A stretch of 64,000 bases of DNA from Acidobacteriota bacterium. GTDB taxonomy: Bacteria > Acidobacteriota > UBA890 > WLXD01. The position numbers were made by a program, and so were the translations under genes. Under the pieces are notes generated by a model that ran no database searches, was not told the DNA's origin, and saw only the letters and a list, made by a program, of their open reading frames with translations. The DNA lies in assembly GCA_965248695.1 (NCBI GenBank), contig CBDFKD010000002.1, positions 5,024,001 through 5,088,000 of the forward strand. The letters run 5' to 3'. Shown here in pieces: positions 58,349-64,000 of this stretch (position 1 is the stretch's first letter; the number at the start of each line of letters is the position of its first letter).

Positions 58349-59521
58349 ATGCCGCAGGTGGTCGAGGCCGCTCAGCTGGGAACGAACGAAGATCAAGCGC
58401 TTATCGCGCAGACCGTGCGCGAGTTCGCCGAAGCCGAGATTCGCCCCTACGTGCGCGAATGGGACGAGGCGCAGCACTTTCCGGACACACTGCTACGCAG
58501 CATGGGCGATCTCGGGCTCATGGGAGTGATGATTCCCGAGCAGTACGGTGGTGCAGGCATGGGGCCCCGGGAGCTCGCCACTGTGATCGAGGAGCTCGCG
58601 CGGGTGGACCCGTCGGTGGCGTTGTCGGTGGCGGCGCACAATGGACTTTGTGTCGGGCATCTGATGATCGCCGCCAGCGAAGAGCAGCGGCGGCGCTACC
58701 TGCCACGGCTGGCGACGGCCGAGTGGGTCGGTTGCTGGGGGCTGACCGAAGCACGGTCCGGATCCGACGCCGCCGGTACCCAGACACGAGCCGTTCTTGA
58801 TGACACGAGCAACCAGTGGATTCTCAATGGCTCGAAGACGTTCAATACCAATGGCGCGCGGGCGGACCTGGCGGTCATCCATGCCGTGACCACACCCGGA
58901 CACGGCAACAAGGGGATCTCGGCGTTCGCGGTCGAGCGTGGCACGGCCGGTTATCGCGTTGGCCGCAAGGAGGACAAGCTAGGGATGCGCGCCAGCGATA
59001 CCGTCGAGCTGGTGCTCCAGGACTGCGCCGTTCCGGCGGAGAATCTGCTGGGCGAGCTCGATCATGGCTTCATAGATGCGCTCAAAGTGCTCGATCGCGG
59101 GCGTATCAGCATCGGGGCCCTGTCGGTCGGTGTTGGTCAGGCAGCGCTTGATGCGGCGATCGGGTACGTCCACGAGCGGCAACAGTTCGGGCGCCCGATC
59201 GGTAGCTTCGAGGCAATCCGTCACAAGCTGGCGCGGATGGCCGCCGAGATCGGGGCGGCGCGGCTGATGGTGATGCGCGCCGCGATGCTGCGCGAGCTCG
59301 GCAGGCCGTTCAAGAACATGGCCTCGATGGCGAAGCTCTACGCCTCGGAGGTCGGTATGCGTGCCGCCGAGGAGTCGGTGCAGATCCACGGTGGATACGG
59401 CTACGTGAAGGATTATCCGGTCGAGAAGTATTTCCGCGACGCCAAGCTCTGCACCATCGGTGAGGGGACCTCGGAAATTCAGCGGCTGGTCATCTCCCGA
59501 CAGCTCCTGGCGGCGATCTGA
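58349..59521 (+). CDS. Acyl-CoA dehydrogenase
   Basis: GLTEARSGSDA, LNGSK, KLGMRAS, QIHGGYGY, IGEGTSEIQR. Confidence 0.95.
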   Translation: MPQVVEAAQLGTNEDQALIAQTVREFAEAEIRPYVREWDEAQHFPDTLLRSMGDLGLMGVMIPEQYGGAGMGPRELATVIEELARVDPSVALSVAAHNGLCVGHLMIAASEEQRRRYLPRLATAEWVGCWGLTEARSGSDAAGTQTRAVLDDTSNQWILNGSKTFNTNGARADLAVIHAVTTPGHGNKGISAFAVERGTAGYRVGRKEDKLGMRASDTVELVLQDCAVPAENLLGELDHGFIDALKVLDRGRISIGALSVGVGQAALDAAIGYVHERQQFGRPIGSFEAIRHKLARMAAEIGAARLMVMRAAMLRELGRPFKNMASMAKLYASEVGMRAAEESVQIHGGYGYVKDYPVEKYFRDAKLCTIGEGTSEIQRLVISRQLLAAI

Positions 59522-59522
59522 G

Positions 59523-59948
59523 GTGGCGTTCGACGCGATACCGGTGGGACCTTTGGATCACGTCGCGATCGCCGTCCATGACCTCGAGGCGGCGGCGAAG
59601 CGCCTTGGCGGGCCGTTCGGTGTACAGCTCACGCACCGGGAAGAGATCGCCGGAGCCGAAGTGGAAGTGGCCTTCCTGCAGCTCCCGGGACAGACCAGCA
59701 TCGAGCTGGTGTGCCCCCTCGTCGACAACACGCCGCTGGCGCGGTTTCTGGATCGCCGCGGCGAAGCGTTGCACCACATCTGCTTCCGCGTCGACGATGT
59801 CGCTGCCGCCTTGGCGACCGCGCGACAGGCGGGAATCGATCTTATCGACGAGCAGCCTCGCCCGGGTGCCAGAGGCTCGCGCATCGCGTTCCTGCACCCG
59901 CGGTCGGTTGGCGGTGTGCTGATCGAGCTGAAGCAGAAGGCGGAGTAG
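59523..59948 (+). CDS. mce: Methylmalonyl-CoA epimerase
   Basis: DHVAIAV, IELV, GEALHHICF, PRPGA, AFLHP, GVLIEL. Confidence 0.9.
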   Translation: MAFDAIPVGPLDHVAIAVHDLEAAAKRLGGPFGVQLTHREEIAGAEVEVAFLQLPGQTSIELVCPLVDNTPLARFLDRRGEALHHICFRVDDVAAALATARQAGIDLIDEQPRPGARGSRIAFLHPRSVGGVLIELKQKAE

Positions 59949-59969
59949 GGAAGCGGGTGGCGCTGAGCG

Positions 59970-61160
59970 TCAGCGCTCTTCGACGTGCGGCTCGGGGCCG
60001 CGCTGCGGTGTGAACAGCCTCACCATGCCGTTGGCCTCCACCGCTGCGACGCCGCCGGGCCCGACTCCGACCGGAAAGCTGAGGTCGCCATGAGCGGTCA
60101 GCAGGACGGTTCGTGGCAGGCCGGGATCCGCCGGCCCGCTGGAGCGTAGCGGACCGCGCACCAGAGTCCAGGGTCCCGCCTGCGGGCTGGCGATCACCCA
60201 GCGCCCCCAGACCGCGAGGTCGGCATAAGTGCGGCCGGCAAGTGGCACTCGGTGCCTGTGGCTGCCGCCGCCGATGGCGTAGCCATGTAGGGCACCGTCG
60301 AGCCCAGCGACCCATACGAGGTCATCATTTGCTGCCGGGGCACCGGTGACCCGCACGCCAATCTCCTTGCTCCGCCAACGGCGCCGGCCGTTCTCGGCGT
60401 TGAGCGCAACGACCCGATAGTCCTTTGCGATTACGAACAACGTGCCGGCGATGGTGGCCGGCCGTGGGCCGCTGGCCTCGACGCCATCGCTGCTCCACAG
60501 CAAATGGCCATCGCGTATGCCGAGGGCGTGGACGCGGCCTCCCGCGTCGACGACGAAGAGTCGCTCGTCCGGTGGACTCGCGGTCAGCACCTGCGCTCCT
60601 TCCAGGTCGCGCTGCCATACCTGGGTGATGGTCGCGTTGGTGCCCTCTCCGCTGAGGCGCAGCGCGTAGACGCCGTCAGCGTCGGTCACGTACAAACGCC
60701 GGCCAATGACGGCGGTATCCAGCGGAGCGGTGTCGAAGTCGAATGCGGTCTTGGTGCGTCCTAGGGCGTCGAGCCACAGCCAGCGCTCCGGGGTTGCGAT
60801 GACCACGTCATCGTCGATGGCGATGGGCGGTCGGATGATCTCGGACGCCATGCGCAAGTGCCACAGCAACACGCCGTTGTCACGATTGCGGGCCAGCATC
60901 TGGGTGCCATAGACAATGAACACCGCCCTGGAGCCCAGGGCAGGTGCGCGTGTCGGCGGATCGGGCTCGTCGTCCCCGTCCACATCGAGCTCGAACTCGA
61001 GGTTCCAGTGCTCACGGAGAGCGACAGGCTCTACGTCCTCCGGCGCCACCCGGAGCGGAATTGGCGCCAGTGGGTCGACCATCCCTCCTCCTCCGCACCC
61101 GATCGAAAGGACGGCGAGGTACACGCAGGCCAGGCGACAGCATGACCGTAGGGAGCTCAT
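59970..61160 (-). CDS. PQQ-like (BamB-type) beta-propeller lipoprotein
   Basis: SIGC lipobox; repeated A-x-D/N-x-x-x-G-x-x-x-W motifs. Confidence 0.8.
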   Translation of the reverse strand: MSSLRSCCRLACVYLAVLSIGCGGGGMVDPLAPIPLRVAPEDVEPVALREHWNLEFELDVDGDDEPDPPTRAPALGSRAVFIVYGTQMLARNRDNGVLLWHLRMASEIIRPPIAIDDDVVIATPERWLWLDALGRTKTAFDFDTAPLDTAVIGRRLYVTDADGVYALRLSGEGTNATITQVWQRDLEGAQVLTASPPDERLFVVDAGGRVHALGIRDGHLLWSSDGVEASGPRPATIAGTLFVIAKDYRVVALNAENGRRRWRSKEIGVRVTGAPAANDDLVWVAGLDGALHGYAIGGGSHRHRVPLAGRTYADLAVWGRWVIASPQAGPWTLVRGPLRSSGPADPGLPRTVLLTAHGDLSFPVGVGPGGVAAVEANGMVRLFTPQRGPEPHVEER

Positions 61161-62047
61161 CGCGAGCCCCACTGGAGCTTGGTGCGCAGAATATCGAAGT
61201 ACGACCGCGGCACCGGCTGCAACAGTCGCACTGCGCGAGGGGATCTGCGGATGGTCACCGTCTCACCGGGCTGCAACTTGAAACCGGCCTGTCCGTCCAG
61301 AGTCAAGATGACTTCTTGGTCGCGCGATTCATGGCGGATCTGGATCACCGCATCGCCTGGCAAGACCAGCGGACGATTGGTCAGGGTGTGCGGGCAGATC
61401 GGTGTCAGCACGATCGCGTCGACCTCGGGCATGACGATGGGCCCGCCGGCGGCCAGCGAGTAGGCGGTGGATCCCGTCGTCGTGCAGATGATCAATCCGT
61501 CTGATGCGAAGGAGCTCACCAGATCGTCGTTCACCGTGGCGGTGAGCTCGACGATACGGGCCAGATCGGTCTTGTTGATCACCGCATCGTTGAGTACGTC
61601 GTGCCGGACGATCTCGGAACGAGCAGCGCCGCCGAGCTCGGCACGAAGCATGCTGCGCTCGCTGCAGACGTAGTTGCCGTCAAGCACGCTCTCGGTGGCG
61701 CCGATAAGCTCATCACGTGGCGTCGAGGTGAGAAACCCGAGGCCGCCATAGTTGACCCCCAGCACCGGGACGTCAGCCGCCGCGGCGAAACGGGCGATCG
61801 ACAGCAGCGTGCCGTCGCCGCCGAGCACCACCAGCAGGTCGACCTGTCTGGCGAGATCCGGTCGCTCGACACCGACACTGTCGCTTCCCAGCAGGCTCGC
61901 AGCTTCGACGTCGAGCGTGACCTCCACATTGCGTGCGCTGAGGGCCGCGATCAAGTCACGAAGCTCGGGCGCCAGGCTGCGCTTGCGCGGCTTCGAGACG
62001 ATCCCGACGCGACGGAAACGTGTCGTGCCAACGGCGCCCTCAGTCAT
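61157..62047 (-). CDS. nadK: NAD(+) kinase
   Basis: LGGDGT, GVNYGGLGFL, LND, DGLIICTTTGSTAYSLAAGGP. Confidence 0.95.
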   Translation of the reverse strand: MTEGAVGTTRFRRVGIVSKPRKRSLAPELRDLIAALSARNVEVTLDVEAASLLGSDSVGVERPDLARQVDLLVVLGGDGTLLSIARFAAAADVPVLGVNYGGLGFLTSTPRDELIGATESVLDGNYVCSERSMLRAELGGAARSEIVRHDVLNDAVINKTDLARIVELTATVNDDLVSSFASDGLIICTTTGSTAYSLAAGGPIVMPEVDAIVLTPICPHTLTNRPLVLPGDAVIQIRHESRDQEVILTLDGQAGFKLQPGETVTIRRSPRAVRLLQPVPRSYFDILRTKLQWGSR

Positions 62048-62867
62048 CCGGTACGTCCAACTCGTCGAGCCAGGCGGTCGAGCCAGCGATTGTATTCGCG
62101 TTACGGCCGAAATGGAGGAAGCACTCCCAGTTGCCCCGCGGCCCCCGTAGAGGGCTTGGATAGGCGCGACGAACCTGCCAAGCGAATTCCGCGGCGCCGT
62201 TACCGACGTCCTCGACGGCACGCCGGCGTGTTTGTGCAGAGCGCACGACGCCGCCCCGCTCTACCTTCTGCGGACCGGCCTCGAACTGCGGTTTCACCAA
62301 CACAAGCGCCTCGCAACGGTGGCCACAGACTCGGCTTGCTGCCGGCAGTAGCTTGAGCACACCGATAAAGGATACGTCGATCGTCAGCACGGTGATCGCC
62401 GCGGGGAGGCCCGGGGGCAAGGATTCTGTAGTCAGATGGCGGGCATTGCAGCGTTCCAGCACGTGGACGCGTGGATCTTGCCGGAGCTTCCATGCGAGCT
62501 GGCCGTAACCGACGTCGACCGCAACGACTGCTTCGGCGCCGTGCTGTAGCAGGCAATCAGTGAAGCCCCCGGTCGACGCTCCGAGGTCCAGACAGGTAGC
62601 CTCTGCGACGTCGATCCCGGAGGCGGCCAGAACGGGGGCCAGCTTGTCGCCGCCCCGACTCGCATAGCGTGGCCGTTCGGCAACTTCCAGATCGGCACCT
62701 GGCTTGATCTGCGTCCCGGGCTTGTGAACAGGGTGACCGTTGACGCGGACGTGCCCCGCGAGAACGAGTCTCCGGGCAAGGCTGCGGCTGGTTACCAGGC
62801 CGTGGTCGACGAGCGCCTGATCGAGACGGAGCGGGGAGTTAGCCACTCTAGCTACTGCGGTCGACAA
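62040..62867 (-). CDS. tlyA: TlyA-family rRNA methyltransferase
   Basis: RLD S4 domain, YASRGGDKL, DLGASTGGFTD, DVSFI, LVKPQFE. Confidence 0.95.
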   Translation of the reverse strand: MSTAVARVANSPLRLDQALVDHGLVTSRSLARRLVLAGHVRVNGHPVHKPGTQIKPGADLEVAERPRYASRGGDKLAPVLAASGIDVAEATCLDLGASTGGFTDCLLQHGAEAVVAVDVGYGQLAWKLRQDPRVHVLERCNARHLTTESLPPGLPAAITVLTIDVSFIGVLKLLPAASRVCGHRCEALVLVKPQFEAGPQKVERGGVVRSAQTRRRAVEDVGNGAAEFAWQVRRAYPSPLRGPRGNWECFLHFGRNANTIAGSTAWLDELDVPDD

Positions 62868-63765
62868 TCAGTCGAGCCATGCAGCGCAGCGCGTCAGCGT
62901 CGGGCCCGAACGGCTCCACTGCCTCGAGCGATATGTCGCGCAGACGAGCAGCCTCGCTGCGCGCCGCATCCACTCCGATCAGCGCCGGGAATGTCGGCTG
63001 GCCGCGGGCCGCATCGCCTCCCGGGCGCTTTCCGAGCTGGTCGACATCGCCTTCGACATCGAGCAGATCGTCCACTACCTGAAAGGCGAGCCCACTGGCG
63101 TCACCGTAGCGCTTGAGTGCCTCGCACTCGGTCTCGCTGGCGCCAGCGATCAGCCCGCCGCAGATCACTGTCGCGGTGAGCAGCGCTCCGGTCTTGGCGG
63201 CGTGGAGACGCCGCAGCGCAGGGAGCTCGATAGGCTCGCCGGTGGCCTCGAGATCGAGGGTCTGTCCGCCGCACATACCGATGCTGCCGGCGGCGGCACT
63301 GAGTCGCCGGGCCGCGGCTATCCAGCCACCAGGGTTCGGTGCGGAGCTGGCGGCAGTCGCCAGAGTCTCGAAGGCGAGCGCTTGCAGGGCGTCTCCTGCG
63401 AGGATCGCCACAGCGTCTCCGAAGAGCACGTGCGACGTCGGCTGGCCGCGTCGGAGCTCCTCGTTGTCGAAGGCCGGCAAGTCGTCGTGTATGAGGGAGT
63501 ACGTGTGGATCATCTCGGCGGCGCAAGCGGCCGACAGTACGTGCGCGGAAGCGACGCCGCAGGCACGTCCGGCGGCGATGGTCAGCAGCGGGCGTAGCCG
63601 TTTCCCTCCCGCGAATACGGAATGACGCATGGCGCGGTGCAGACTCTGGGGCTCGTGGTCGGCGGCCGGCAGGAGCCGCTCGAGCTCTTCATCGACGCCG
63701 GCGCGCTCCCGATCCAGAAACTGCAGCAAGTCGAAGTTGTTTCGGCCGGTCTCGGGCTCAGCCAT
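62848..63765 (-). CDS. ispA: Polyprenyl (farnesyl) diphosphate synthase
   Basis: GGKRLRP, HTYSLIHDDLP, RRG, KTGAL, FQVVDD. Confidence 0.93.
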   Translation of the reverse strand: MAEPETGRNNFDLLQFLDRERAGVDEELERLLPAADHEPQSLHRAMRHSVFAGGKRLRPLLTIAAGRACGVASAHVLSAACAAEMIHTYSLIHDDLPAFDNEELRRGQPTSHVLFGDAVAILAGDALQALAFETLATAASSAPNPGGWIAAARRLSAAAGSIGMCGGQTLDLEATGEPIELPALRRLHAAKTGALLTATVICGGLIAGASETECEALKRYGDASGLAFQVVDDLLDVEGDVDQLGKRPGGDAARGQPTFPALIGVDAARSEAARLRDISLEAVEPFGPDADALRCMARLIVDRSS

Positions 63766-64000
63766 CACCGCTTTCCGAGGCCGCCTGGTCGCCGGTCTCG
63801 GCGGGTGGCTCCATCGGTGCTGTGAGCGGCTCCCCTTCGAGATCTCGAGTCAACAGCTCGAGCTTCGCTTCCACGCCGGCCAGCCGGTCACGACAGGCAC
63901 GGAACAGGCCCACTGCGCGCTCGTATACCTCGAGGGATTGCTCGAGCGGGATATCACCCTCCTCGAGCTCACGCGCTAGCACCTCCAGCTGATCGAGGGC
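63758..64000 (-). CDS. xseB: Exodeoxyribonuclease VII small subunit (5' end outside window)
   Basis: LE...LEEGDIPLEQSLEVYERAV...C...L; lies before ispA. Confidence 0.88.
   Translation of the reverse strand, partial: ALDQLEVLARELEEGDIPLEQSLEVYERAVGLFRACRDRLAGVEAKLELLTRDLEGEPLTAPMEPPAETGDQAASESGDG

Overview
High-GC bacterial window; gene content and order suggest Acidobacteriota (inference). The right part (~34.9-64 kb) is housekeeping backbone: purA, hutH, tsaB, mutS, anmK, ilvE, pilT-recX-alaS, cell-wall hydrolases, pgsA, pepA, dcd, mce, nadK-tlyA-ispA-xseB. The left part (1-34.8 kb) is an accessory region around a tRNA-Lys/tRNA-Glu pair. It holds exported peptidases, amine oxidoreductases, NHL-repeat proteins, three IS elements and several broken genes. 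The main observation is a dispersed repeat system in the intergenic DNA of the accessory region that the ORF track does not show. It has four parts: (i) copies of the tRNA-Glu 3' end (att-like core); (ii) a conserved 32-bp arm reading as a TTGGAT-N17-TACGCT promoter about 75 bp from the core; (iii) a tail resembling a serine-recombinase C-terminus on the other side of the core; (iv) short remnants of what look like the first (xEPGT[KR]...) and last (NWFEELxRLVP*) codons of a Ser/Thr kinase-beta-propeller gene, enclosing unrelated cargo genes. Together these look like a tRNA-anchored, integron-like array of non-autonomous cassettes built in reused kinase-gene shells. No recombinase gene is in the window, so the mechanism is inference. 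All alignments were made by eye and family assignments come from motif recognition, not database searches.
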